NCBI GenBank assembly: GCA_001662655.1
Contig: KV460240.1
DNA length: 64,000 nucleotides
Source of the DNA: Pseudogymnoascus verrucosus
Taxonomy: Eukaryota
Reading direction: 5' to 3' (one strand)
In this document: in pieces, positions 24,398 through 37,439 of the stretch
Layout: each line of letters begins with the position of its first letter
Numbering within the stretch: the stretch's first letter is position 1
Program-made: the position numbers and the translations under genes
The notes under the pieces: model-generated
The model's database searches: none
What the model was told of the DNA's origin: nothing
What the model saw: only the letters and a program-made list of their open reading frames with translations

Positions 24398-27300
24398 ATG
24401 GTCCGGTTAAGGGAGATACCCAGAACAGCTGCTTTCGCGTGGTCGCCTGGCACTGGACTGCCCATACTGGTTACCGGAACCAGAGCAGGTGCTGTAGACG
24501 CAGACTTCTCGGACGAGACGAAATTAGAGCTATGGGACTTGAACCTAGACAATTTGGAACAGGGGGTTGAACTCCAGCCTATTGCTAGTATCAGCACAGA
24601 TTCGAGGTGAGGACAAGTGCAGTCTACTATTAAATATCCCAGCATAACTGATTTTCTCGCTGGCAGGTTCCATGATATCGCCTGGGCACCTCCAAACGAA
24701 GACCACCCGAAGGGTATCATTGCGGGGGCACTTGATAATGGCTCCTTGGACTTATGGGATGCACAAAAGCTCCTTGATGGATCAAGCGATGCTTTTATGT
24801 CCCGAACATCAACACATGCTGCCGCGATCAAGTCTCTCCAATTCAATCCCTTGAAGCCCGATATTTTGGCCACCGCGGGCGCGAAAGGCGAACTATACAT
24901 TTACGATGTCAATGATATGTCAAACGCTTCCAGACTTGGCAACCCCCAGGCGCGGTCCGATGATTTGGAATGCATTGCTTGGAATAGAAAAGTCCCCCAT
25001 ATTCTGGCCACTGGCTCAGTCGCTGGGTTTGTAACAGTGTGGGACTTGAAAACAAAGAAAGCAACTTTAACTCTAAATAATAGCCGCAAGGCTGTGGGAG
25101 CTATTGCATGGGATCCGAACAATCCCACGAAATTATTAACGGCTACGCCGGACGATTCTACTCCTGTTATCCAACTGTGGGACCTCCGAAACTCGAATGC
25201 CCCTGAGAGAACATTACAAGGACATGAGCAAGGTGTCCTTTCACTTTCGTGGTGCGAACAAGATAGCGATATTTTACTCTCTTCCGGTAAAGATAACAAG
25301 ACGTTATGTTGGAATCCCCAGACCGGCGAGCTTCTTGGAGAATTTCCCGAAGCCACAAATTGGACCTTTCAGACGCGATTCAGCCCACGCAACCCCAATT
25401 TGTCCGCAACAGCGTCGTTTGATGGCAAGATCTCCATCCAGACCCTGCAAAACACCAACCAGCCTGTCGGCCAGGGAGCAACCAATGGTCTTACAGATGG
25501 CGAGGACTTCTTCAACAAGGCGCAAACCCAGCCACAAGGATCATCGTTCACTTTAACGAAGGCCCCGAAATGGAGTGAGCGTCCTATAGGCGCTTCGTTC
25601 GGATTCGGAGGAAAGCTGGTTATCTTCAGCCAGCAGCCGACGACGGCAGGGGGCCAGCGTTCCTCGAAAATACAACTATCAAAGTTTTCAGCCGATTCCG
25701 GTGTTGCCGCAGCCACAGAGGCATTCGAAACATCTTTGGAGTCCGGCGATATATTAGGAATCTGCAAATCCCATATAGAGTCGGCGAATACAGAAGAGGA
25801 AAGTGCTGATTGGGAAGTCATCAAAGCTCTTGTTGCTGAGAGCCCCCGAAAGAGTGTCACAGAGTACCTTGGATTCTCAGAGGCCGAAGATTCGTCAACT
25901 GGCGTTAAGGATGCCACAACCCTCGATGCCGATGCCGCAAAAGATTCCGAAACAACACCAGATTTGACATCTAAGGCCAAAAATAACAGGCTGTCGACAT
26001 TTTTCAACGACAGCCCTGATACCGATGATTTCCTGTCGGATCTGACGCCAACGAAGACAGCCAAAACCAACGATCCATTTCACTTACTTTCGGATTCAGA
26101 CTCGCAATCAGACCGCGATATAACAAGAGCTCTGATGCTTGGCCAGTTCGAGCATGCCATGTCCATATGCCTGAAGGATGAAAGAATGGCCGATGCTTTC
26201 GTCATTGCCAATTGCGGAGGCAAGGAGCTACTGGCTAAGGCTCAAAAGGCGTACCTGGCAAGCGCGGCTAAAGGACCCAAATATTTACGCCTCCTTGCTG
26301 CGGTAACCGACAAAAATTTGTGGGATATTGTGTACAATGCCGACTTGGCAAACTGGAAAGATTCGATGGCTACCTTGTGCACATACGCCGATCCAACAGA
26401 ATTTCCTGATTTGTGCGAGGCTCTCGGTGATCGGATACTTGATTCTGGTGGCTCCCGCAAGAACGCCTCGTTTTGCTACTTGGTTGGATCAAAGCTGGAT
26501 AAAGTCGTTGGTATCTGGATATCTGAACTTCATGAGCAAAAACAGGAAGGCTTGCAAAAAGATGGCCATGATACGAATTTCTCCGTGCATGCACATTTGC
26601 TACAGAATTTCATTGAGAAAGTTACCGTTTTTCGCAAGGTAACAAACTTTGCGGATACCGAGCAAGATTCATCTGATGGGTGGAAGCTCGGGCCCCTGTA
26701 CGAGAGATATGTGGAATACGCAGATATCCTGGCCTCTCATGGCTTCCTTGATACTGCAGACAAATATCTCAATCTTCTGCCGGCTCAGTATTTGGCGGCT
26801 GACGTTGCGCGAAACCGAGTTAAGCAGGCCTCAAAGAAGGCAACTCTGCAGTCTCAAGCCCGTCAACAGCAGCCTGTAGTATCGAGAACAGTTCCCAGAC
26901 CCCAGCAAACCACTTCGTTCCCTTCTCAGCAGCGCCCAGTGGAACCCTCTAGGGTAGCAAACCCCTACGCGCCTTCTCCATCGGCACATGCGCCAAATCC
27001 ATATGCTCCTCCAGCGCCAGCATACGGGTCTCAACAGGCCTATGGTTCTAACCAACCACAAGGAATTTATGGGTCTCCGTCGATGCCTCCTCCTACAGGC
27101 TTCTCTCAGGACAACGCGTATGGCCAATTTGGAGCTCCTCCTAGGAACATTACGCCCTCGCAGCCTCCTCCGTCCAAAGCAAAGGAAATGACAAATTGGA
27201 ATGATACGCCAATGGTGACAAAGCCATCCATATCTAGAAGAGGAACCCCAGGAACGGCTCCAGCTCCCATCACTTCGCCATTCCCCAATCAGCCAAACCT

Positions 27301-28252
27301 CGCCCTACCACCGTCGGCCCCACCGTTTGGCGCGCCTCCAAGGGGCACTCCTACACCTCCCCCGCCACCTCCAAAGGGGTCCATGGCACCGAGAGTAGCA
27401 TCACCACTAGGTGCTGGGCATCCTCCGCCGTTTGGACAGGCTCCCCGGTCATCTCCTAACCTTAATGCCTATGCACCACCGCATGCACAGGGTGGACAAG
27501 GCTATCCTCAGGCCGCCCCACCGCCAGCTATCGCTCGAGGACCGTCGCCATATAATGCTCCGCCGTCGGGCCCACCCCCAACAAACCGCTATGCACCAGC
27601 TCCCGCTACTCAGCAGCCTTCTCAACAAGTGCCAGGCCAGGTCCCACCGCCTCCCCAGGCAGGTTTCCGACCTCCACCACCGTCCAACCCATATGCCCCC
27701 CAGCAAGCTCCCCAGGCAACTTATAACCAGCAACAGTTCCAGCATACACAGCCAGTTCCGGCCCAAACAGAGCCACCTCGTGGCACAGTGTCAACTTCGA
27801 GGCCTGGCACTGCACAGGGGCAGGCTCCCAAGCCACCTGCTCCGTCATCAAAATATCCACCGGGTGACCGGTCACATATACCTGCGTTCGCCCAGGATAT
27901 GGTAGGTATACTGAGCAATGATATGCAGCGAGTCGCTAGCAAAGCACCTCCGAATTTCGCCGCCCAGGTGAAAGATACACAGAAGCGACTAAACATACTG
28001 TTTGACAATCTTAATAATGGGGAGCTTGTTAAGCCGGATACCATCGAAAAACTTGGCGAACTTGCCCAGGCTCTTCAAGCAAAGGACTACGATACGGCTT
28101 CAAGGATCCAGGTAGATATCCAACGAGAGAAGCTGGATGAGTGTGGAAACTGGATGGTAAGGACAGTACATCCTGGGTGTCGGCTGCATTGCTAACTTTA
28201 TGTCTAGGTTGGTGTTAAGCGTCTGGTAAACATGAGTAAAGTAACCCCATAG
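24398..28252 (+). CDS. SEC31: COPII coat subunit Sec31
   Basis: [19 protein letters not shown]40 repeats, Pro-rich region, C-terminal GNWM-VGVKRL. Introns 24607-24666 and 28157-28207. Confidence 0.96.
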
Positions 28253-29093
28253 ATCATGAGTAAATGGCAGCCAGCCCGCACTTGATTATTAGTGCGATCC
28301 ATTCTGTTGGTGGAAGTGTGTTTCCGACCAAGGAATGATTCTGGCATTTACAATCTATGCGTTTGGCATTAATGATGAAACATCCGAAGTAGCATATAGC
28401 GTGCTGCTTTTCTGCGTTCGAAAAACCACAAAGAGTTGAGAATATTATTTTTCCGTTGTATAGACAGTGTATGCACCAACACGGTATTGAGACATTTGGA
28501 CTGAGTGACAGTATTGCATCCAAGTGGTGTTTGGAGTCATCGGTAGCTCTGCCTATGACCCAATCGAGTCCATATGGGGCCAAGTATCACGTATAATATA
28601 GCTAGATAATTCGAAGTCATTTCATCGATCGAGCTACGGTGATCTGATTAATCTACACGACCAACAAACAGTTGTACGCAGATATAATACGTAGGCGGGT
28701 AAAATGTGGCTAGTCAACATGGCCCCTAGGAAGGCAACCAACTGGCTGCTCGCAGGGCTATGAAGATAGTACATTTGATACATCATCCCTTCGTTATACG
28801 TAGGTGGACTGGATGCCTATGACAAACATCTGGTTGGTGGTTGGTTTCGTTTGGAGCTGTCGCGGATACGGGCTGACAAACGAATACGTGTAGTTCCCGT
28901 CAATATTTACATTCTCTATAACTAGTAATTACGACCTGACAAGGGGTGCTAGGGGTTTATATTAAGATCTTGCATAGCCCAGGTGCCAAAAAGAGCCAGT
29001 CCAAGGTCGACCTTGCCAAAATATGAGGTAGTGAGGACGTGAGGCTTCCGACTAGTCCCCACCGAACCTCGCAACAAAGCTGCACGAGTCAAT

Positions 29094-32000
29094 ATGAATG
29101 CAAGCCAGCCCTTACCCACAGAAGGGCAAGAGGCCACCCAGTTGCAAGAAACAGGTCTCTTCCGGCGTGCCTATGATGCACCTGCATTATATACACCAGA
29201 CCGAAGGCCAGTAGCAGTTCATGGTAGAAACGGACAGCAGCCACTGGGTCGTGGAAGATCCATAAGCCACTCTTACCCATCAACACCACACGGCAAGAAA
29301 CAAGGCCACGGGTACCATACGGCCATGGAGAGTGATTCAGGAGACAGCAACAACAGAGCTATGTTCAGTGCCTTAACGCCCCAGAGTCCCTTAAAGTCCG
29401 GGGCGAGAAGATCTGCCAAGGCCCAACAAGATCGAGATTTAACATCAGGGAAATGCATGACTTGCGACTCGATGGTTCGATGGCCCAAAGAACTAGCCGT
29501 ATTTCGATGCTCTGTATGTGTAACTATAAATGATCTGACACCGATCAGTACAGTTCAAGATTCCGGGAGCGACCATCATAGACATCGCACGAGAGAATCC
29601 TCTTCTCCATCTAGAGGTAGGCAAGCATATAACGTTTTTCAGGATAAATTCATTATATCTGACTGGTTTATAGTAGTGTCGCCCATAACTGCTCGTAAGA
29701 CGAGCGCTTTGATTGAGCGATGCATCCAGTCCTACCTCATGTCTCGGCTTGGAGGTAATAAAGACCCCTACTTTGCATGGAACAAACATGTATCTGACGC
29801 CCTACCGTGCTATGCAGCCTCGGAACGCAATATACTTGTCAATACAGGGCCCGATTCTACATCGAAGCCTATGTGCGTTGCCACAGAAATCCCAGAAAAC
29901 CCCACCAAGGTGAACGAAACGTCTTGCTCGGAGTTCAACCATGTAGGCTGCGAGTGCTGTCTTAATACTGAAGATTCGAAGACGCCTACTGTTAGGAACC
30001 GGTATGGTTCATCGGTCAATGGCTCCCCTCACCCTGCTGAGCAAATCGACAAGACGCATGTCCGATGTCCCAACGACGGAACAAGGAATATTTTCGGGCC
30101 ACTGGAAGATTATATAGTTGCGTCTTTCCAATCGCATGACTGCATCAATGGGTCCTTTTCCACCAAACTGGCATCGGTCGAATCCAGGGGCCCAGCTAAA
30201 GGAAGCTTGAACTTTACAAGACCAGTTGTGGACGAAAGGCGGCGACCTACTCCCGATTTAATGCCGCCAATGGGTACTAAGACGATCCCCAGAGGTCTCA
30301 CAGAGAACGCAGCATGGCTTGCTAGAGATGGCGCTATCCCAAGCCATACTAACGGATCGATATCGCAAAGGGGAAACATACCAATTGCAAATGGGCCCAC
30401 CGCTCTCAATGATGTGAACAGAAGCTCGCCCCGGATTGATTGGGATTTGCTTTTCCAGTGGTATGATTCAATAATACACGTTGGTGACGACTGGAGCCGT
30501 CATATGGCCGAGGTCCTCAGTTCTGTTGGTTTGGGTTTTAATAGTCCATCAATTGACGAAATGAATCATATAGAAGGAGAGGTCGCTGAGGCACAACGCC
30601 ACACAAGGCGTGTTCTATTAAGGGCCACGGAAGGCCTCTTAAAAAGACCAGGACGGTTATTGAATGAACCGAGCGACACCAGGTTTCTTCTGATTATTTT
30701 GGCCAACCCGCTTCTTTACCCGTCATCTTCGCCAATATTAAGGGATGGTGTTCGAGTGTCTCGAGCACCCCCCGGGTATCCTGTTCCTACTAAAATTGCA
30801 GCGTCGTCGAGTTCCTCGAAAAACAAAAGTCCATTAAGGTCTCCATTGACAACAGAAGAGATTGACACTGGGCCTGGGCATCATTCGGGAATTATCAAGC
30901 GGATACTCGGACTACTTTCAAACCTTCCCAACGAGTGTCACCATCATCTAGTATCATGGTTTTCAGAGTTCTCCGAAGTCCATTTCCAACAAACAACGGA
31001 GTTAGTGGGCAGTTTTGTAACATATCGCCTAACAAGACAAAACAATCGAAGGCGCGATACTGGTCATGATCCAACTGGTGGCTTAGTCCCAAATATGCCT
31101 TCATCCGGCCACAGGACCATGGCAGCATTACATGCCGAGCTTAATGGAAGAGGGCAAGGTGCAAAATTCTCTACCGAAAAGCGTAATAACGTCAAATACA
31201 ATGATGATTGGCAAATTCGAGCAGCAGCTCGAGTCATGGCGTTACTATTTGCGGCAAATAATAATGGCAGTCGTCGCCATAATGCCCTATTACCGCATCC
31301 ATCATATGAGGAACACCACATTGTTTCAATGCCTCATGAACGCACCTATCATCGCAACCAAATACTTCCCACTAGCCACTTCTACAACACTCTACTTGAC
31401 TATTCGGACTTAATAGCAGATTTCGAAGCCTGGGAGGCCAAGAGAGGGAAGTTCACATTTTGTCAATATCCCTTTTTTCTGAGTATCTGGGCCAAGATAC
31501 AAATAATGGAACACGACGCTCGACGCCAGATGGAAATAAAGGCCAGAGAGGCTTTTTTTGACAGTATAATGACCCGCAAAAGCGTCAATCAGTATTTAGT
31601 GCTGAAGGTACGTCGGGATTGCCTGGTCGAGGACAGTCTCAAAGGCGTGAGCGAGGTTGTGGGCGGTGGCGGCGAGGAAATCAAGAAGGGGCTTCGGATA
31701 GAATTCAAAGGCGAAGAAGGTATTGATGCAGGCGGGTTACGAAAAGAATGGTTTCTTTTGCTCGTCAGAGACGTGTTAAACCCCGAACATGGTATGTAAA
31801 GGTTATAATGGATTCCCAAATGTGACTGACAGTTTGCACAGGAATGTTTGTCTACGACGAAGAGTCCCACGTTTGCTACTTTAACCCTAGTAGCTTTGAA
31901 ACTTCTGATCAGTTTTTCCTCGTCGGTGTGGTCCTAGGCCTTGCTATCTACAACTCGACTATCTTAGACGTCGCACTTCCATCTTTCGCTTTTAGGAAAC

Positions 32001-32764
32001 TCTTGGCCGCTGGCCCTAGTTCCCTTCCAGGGTCTCCTTCTCATGCAAAACCTACTATGGTTTATACTCTGGACGACCTTGCCGAATATCGCCCATCGCT
32101 TGCACATGGACTCCGCCAACTACTGGAATTTGATGGCGATGTCGAGGAGACATTTTGCCGTGATTTTGTTGCGGATGTCGAGAAATATGGGAAGATCCAC
32201 CAAGTACCGCTTTGCCCCGATGGCGAAAAACGAGCCGTTAACAACTCGAACCGCAGGGAATTTGTAAATCTCTATGTGAAATATCTTCTGGATACTTCTG
32301 TCGTCCGGCAATTCGAGCCATTCAAACGTGGGTTTTACACCGTGTGTGGTGGCAACGCGCTCTCCTTGTTTCGACCCGAAGAGATTGAGCTTCTTATTCG
32401 AGGTTCAGATGAACCGTTGGATATTTCATCACTTGAAGCGGTGTCTGTTTGTGAAAATTGGGGCGTCCCAAACCCGGCTGAAACGGAACTGGTCATTCAA
32501 TGGTTCTGGCAATCGTTCAAGAATGCAGACCCTAAAGACCAGAGAAAGCTTCTATCTTTTATAACGGGCAGCGATCGAATACCTGCTATGGGTGCAGCCA
32601 ATCTGGTCATTAAGCTTTCGTGCCTTGGTGACGATAGCTTACGATTCCCAATAGCTCGAACATGTTTCAACATGCTGTCGCTATGGCGATACAGCTCTCG
32701 TACAAAGTTTGAGCGGTTACTTTGGCGGGCCGTCAATGAAAGTGAGGGGTTTGGCTTGAAATGA
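29094..32764 (+). CDS. HECT-type E3 ubiquitin ligase (Hul4-like)
   Basis: FKGEEGIDAGGLRKEWF, FITGSDRIP, PIARTCFN catalytic Cys. Intron 31792-31841; start codon uncertain. Confidence 0.92.
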
Positions 32765-33013
32765 TGCATGTGATCCCCATTAAAATCGGTTTGAATCGTT
32801 CGTGCTAGCCACAGGGGACAATAGGCAAGTTAATTCAGATCAGATATACATATTATACATAAATACATTGCTTGAGCCCCACGGCCATGACCACAAAGTA
32901 AAAGGACTCCATAGCATGCTGCCCAGCCATATGGTCTGGTAATACTAACGTACACTAAACGCCAAATCTGGTCTTACACCCCTACTCCCATGCCAGTATT
33001 TTACAGGATATCA

Positions 33014-33744
33014 TCAAGCTGCTGTTCGGGCCTGTGCTAGGATAGCCTTTTCCCGCTTCTTCTCCGCGTTAAAAATGGCATGCCTTGCAGAGTCTCTCTC
33101 GCTCACTTCTTGCTGGGCTGCGAGCTGTTGAAGTTGTTCCACCTCTTCGGGAGTAGGCTCCACGGGAACGGCATTTGTCAAGGCGAGTAATTGTGACAGT
33201 ATCTCAGACTCGTGCCTGTGCTTCATATTGATAGTCACCACGCGCTGTTGACTTGAGGTTGTAGGTTCGGTTTGGGTACCAGCCACAGGGGTTTCGGGTT
33301 GTGTAGCGTCATCGAAGTAAACCGTCATAAGTGCCGGGCCTTCTTGGTTTGTAGTTCTCTCCAAAGTCATAGATACTGTAGGGTTGTGGTACTTTAGGCG
33401 TGGTAGGCATGAATGCCAAAATTTCCTGGTCAATTCAGTACAGTGTCCATGTTGCGGTCGAGAGACTGGGCATTTCTACCTTGGTCCGTAATGTCCATCG
33501 TTCATCCTCTTCGCAAATTCCATGTGCAGCTTGGTGACAGTTTTAGGTAAAACGGCAGCCCCTGGCCCTAACTTGATAGCAAGCAGCTAAATATGTCTGT
33601 CAACGTGTGGCCCAGCGTTCGTTTTGAGGAAATAAAATACCTTCTGAATCGGGCCAACATTAGTAATTGATCGATTGTACCACAACAGGGAAGATAATTA
33701 CTTACAGCGCGAAGCTTGGTCATCCGCCTCAATATGCCGACCAT
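33014..33744 (-). CDS. MRP49: Mitochondrial large ribosomal subunit protein Mrp49 (mL61; L51/S25/CI-B8 fold)
   Basis: LGPGAAVLP..GHYGPRKFWHSCLPRLKYHNP. Exons 33744-33706, 33643-33641, 33586-33480, 33425-33014. Confidence 0.88.
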
Positions 33745-34008
33745 GTTTGCAAAAATGAGCGTTCGGAATGGTAAGTAGGACTATGCGAAGGGAAAGATTG
33801 TGAATTGGTGGTCCAAATAAATTCGGTTTGGCGTCGATGTCGGTGTTCGGAACATTTCCCCGGATTTTTGGAAGCGCTACTGCTGGCCGTAGTAATATTT
33901 GAGATTCAACTCCATATCTCTACGCCGCCTTGCTTTACGAAAAAGAAACAGAAACAATAAACGCCCAAAACCGTCTTCAATGAAGCTGTAGTGAACGGCA
34001 CTTTAACA

Positions 34009-36003
34009 ATGGCGGGTATACGAGCAGGATCTAAACTCTCTGTATCTGCTGGAAGAGTTGAGCTCTTTGCTGGCGTTGATTTGCCACACTTTCTCTGTCC
34101 AGCCTTGCTCTCAAGCACCCGGTCCCTTACCCGATTTAAGGCGTCTTCTCGCGCTCTACAGGCGCTCTCGCAGCGATCACAAGTACGATGCCTCTCTATA
34201 TTACCCCGGGCGCCAGCAGTTAAAGATCATTCGCGCTTTGAAAACCGAGTCCCTGAATTACCACAACGATGCGCCGGGTGCGGGTCGTTTTCCCAAACCT
34301 CCGATGCCACTGCACCCGGTTTCTACACCTTGACAAGGAAATCAGTGGAGGCCTACCTGCAAGGAGAAGCGAAAGTCCTTGCCAAAGACCAATCTGTGGA
34401 CGCCCATGCACTTGAATCTGCGGTGGGACAAGTTGACGGGACAATTCTCGACTCGCTGAAAGCTCAGGCAGTTGCCCCAGCACAAAGTATGGCAGATCCT
34501 GTCTGTGATCGCTGCCACAAGCTCAAACATCACCAGTCGGGGCAATCTATACAGCATCCGTCCATCCAATCGATCAAAGACACGATATTGGAGTCACCTC
34601 ATAAATATAACCACATATACCATGTGGTTGACGCGGCAGACTTCCCGATGTCCTTGATACCTGGCTTATTCCGACTGCTGCATTTAACGCCCCAACGGTC
34701 CATGAATCGCCGCGCGAAAACAGGCCGATTTTACCATGGCAAGATGACTGAGATTAGCTTCATTATTACTCGCTCAGATCTCCTAGCCCCTGTTAAGGCT
34801 CAAGTCGATTCGTTGATGCCACGCTTGGTTGAAATATTGAGGGATGCCCTTGGGTCGTTCGGGAAAGATGTCCGACTTGGAAATGTGAGGTGTGTTAGCG
34901 CACGTAGAGATTGGTGGACAAAAGACTTAAAAGAAGATATCTGGGAACGCGGTGGCGGCGGTTGGATGGTTGGAAAGGTGAACGTTGGCAAGAGCAGGCT
35001 TTTTGCGAGTGTCTTTCCTAAAGGGAGGCGTGGTGCTGCTCAGCAAGACCCATCATTTTCGACGATGACCTCGAAGCCTGCCATGGATGCCGCGTTGGGA
35101 AAATACGACAACTCCCTTGAAGCCGCGGGATTGCTGGAACCCCTGACCCTTCTCCCTCCAGCAGTGGAGGAAGTCGATTATCCTGACATGCCTTTGGTCC
35201 ATCCATTGCCTGGTACGACGGCTTCTCCTATCCGCGTTCCTTTTGGCGGAGGGAAAGGCGAGCTAATAGATCTTCCTGGTCTCGCCCGTGGCGACCTTGA
35301 ATTGCATGTTCAAGAACCTCATCGACTGTCCTTGGTAATGCGATCTCGAGTGGTACCAGAGCAGCAGGTCATTAAGCCTGGCCAGTCTCTTCTACTTGGC
35401 GGTTTTATTCGCATTACTCCGGTTGACCCAGAATGCACAATCCTTGGTTATGCGTTCACACCAATATCATCGCACCTAACAAGTACGGAGAAGGCCATCG
35501 GAATTCAAACGCAAACGCTGGAGACAGGGGTTGAGAATATTTCTGTACCCGGGACTGGCGAAAAGATCAAATCTGCGGGTACATTCCAACTAAAATGGGA
35601 TGTAACGAAGGAACGGTCTGGGCCTATTACCGCATCAGATGCAGCGGGTATCACGGCTGATAGGTTGCCGTATTGTATATTATCTACGGATATTCTTATT
35701 GAAGGTTGTGGATGGGTGGAGCTTGTATGCCAGGTGCGCAAAAGGCGATTAGAGCCTTCCGGCGTACTGGGTGGAAATGGGAATGACAGCGGCAGCCTCG
35801 AACAAGCCTCTGCCAATGCCAACTGGCCTGAAGTAGAAGTTTTCAGCCCTGACGGCAAATTTATTGCATCGAGGAGGCCAATAAACGGCTGGCTGAATGG
35901 AGGGCCAAAAAACCCTAGTTCCAACGTCAAAGGTCGGCCCCGGAAGAGTATGAAGGGTGCGAAAAAGAGGATGAAGAGTGCCATGAGGGAGACAAGCCGC
36001 TAA
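34009..36003 (+). CDS. GEP3: Mitochondrial circularly permuted GTPase Gep3/Mtg3 (YqeH-like; small-subunit assembly)
   Basis: CAGCG..CDRC zinc motif, G4 TRSD, G1 GKVNVGKS, G2 PGTT, G3 DLPG. Confidence 0.9.
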   Translation: MAGIRAGSKLSVSAGRVELFAGVDLPHFLCPALLSSTRSLTRFKASSRALQALSQRSQVRCLSILPRAPAVKDHSRFENRVPELPQRCAGCGSFSQTSDATAPGFYTLTRKSVEAYLQGEAKVLAKDQSVDAHALESAVGQVDGTILDSLKAQAVAPAQSMADPVCDRCHKLKHHQSGQSIQHPSIQSIKDTILESPHKYNHIYHVVDAADFPMSLIPGLFRLLHLTPQRSMNRRAKTGRFYHGKMTEISFIITRSDLLAPVKAQVDSLMPRLVEILRDALGSFGKDVRLGNVRCVSARRDWWTKDLKEDIWERGGGGWMVGKVNVGKSRLFASVFPKGRRGAAQQDPSFSTMTSKPAMDAALGKYDNSLEAAGLLEPLTLLPPAVEEVDYPDMPLVHPLPGTTASPIRVPFGGGKGELIDLPGLARGDLELHVQEPHRLSLVMRSRVVPEQQVIKPGQSLLLGGFIRITPVDPECTILGYAFTPISSHLTSTEKAIGIQTQTLETGVENISVPGTGEKIKSAGTFQLKWDVTKERSGPITASDAAGITADRLPYCILSTDILIEGCGWVELVCQVRKRRLEPSGVLGGNGNDSGSLEQASANANWPEVEVFSPDGKFIASRRPINGWLNGGPKNPSSNVKGRPRKSMKGAKKRMKSAMRETSR

Positions 36004-36167
36004 TAACGGGAACTGTTTATATATTGTGGTTATACATGTACAATTAGTCATAGAGGGGTGTTCTTTTGGGGGGGAGGGCCAACAGTTGATAAACCTGAAC
36101 TTATATATATCTATGCCGACAACACTCTAATAATATACAACTAAACTAATACACTATCCATCCGTCA

Positions 36168-37060
36168 TCATGCAGCGGAAGATGTAGGCTTGGGAACCTC
36201 CGGCACTGCTTCGGCAGCGGATACAGGAGATGGCATAGGTAATGGGACGGCTCGTCGAGGCCTTTTCAACTCCTCCATTGTAACGCCATCCAACTTCGTA
36301 ACTCCAACAACGGCAGGATCGCCCTTCTTCACAAACTCATACATACCTAATGTCAGTAGTTAGCAACTATCAATACAAGTATTTAAATAATTGAGCGGCG
36401 AAGGGCTTACCCGGCATTTTGTTCCCTGCCAGCCTGAATGCATCACGTGCCACCTGCTCGTGAATGTCTCCCTTCAACTCAAAGATGACCTTGCTGACCG
36501 CAATTCTCGAAGCCCAGTGATCAAACGAACCCTTTCCTTTTCCCATGCGAACCTAACAGGTTAATATTAGCATTGGTCCCGTCGATTCCTTGATATATAT
36601 GCCCTACCTCATTGCCACTGGCATACACTCCAATGCTAGCACAAACTCTCTTGAACAATCGATATCGCATCCCTCGCAGCCTGACTTTTATAGCCTCTTC
36701 TCCGTTCTTCAACTGCAACGCACTAACTCTGCGATGGTGGTCGCACATCCGCAATCCATAGTCGCCCCAGACCACGGTAGTGCCGCGAGAGGACCCGCCA
36801 GTCGGAACACGAGGTCGTCCCTTGCGAGATCTTTTCTTTTCGGGCTGTGTAGGTAAAAGCCAGTCCCCCAATACGGCTGGCGTACTGGAGAAAGCTCTAC
36901 GGGTTGTGGATGAGGTCAAAAAGGAGGAGGGGGTCGCAGGTGCTTTCGAGAGGGCGGAGATGGCCTTGGGTATTATCGAAGGGCGATAGGCCGACGAATT
37001 GAGTGTTAGGCGCTCAACACATGCTGATAAGGCGAGTGTTGATGAGATCGAGGCCTTCAT
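36168..37060 (-). CDS. MRPL16: Mitochondrial ribosomal protein uL16m
   Basis: [40 protein letters not shown]. Introns 36607-36553 and 36410-36347. Confidence 0.93.
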
Positions 37061-37439
37061 ATTTATCAAGTGGTGGTTGTGACGTTGAGCCAATTCGGCC
37101 TATAATTTGTCGTCGAAGTTGAGCCGCAGAATAATAAAGGTTCCAAAAGGATAGCGCTAAAACGGAACTTACCCTGGCTCTTGGTACCCATGTAGGAGTG
37201 GTTGCCTTTGACGCGTCGGCACATGACTTGGTACGTTCCGCGCCTACCCCGACGCCCTCGTTAATTAAATCGCGACTACCACGTACTTTACGAGTATCTC
37301 CATGGCCAATTACTTACAGGCAAAGTCAACAATTGCAAGATAGAGCTCTACGAGCATGTGAGTTGCATATAGCTCTATTTGGCCAAATTAGACAATTGCA
37401 TCACTCCAAATCTGTTCTAGACGGCTCAGCACGGCCAAC

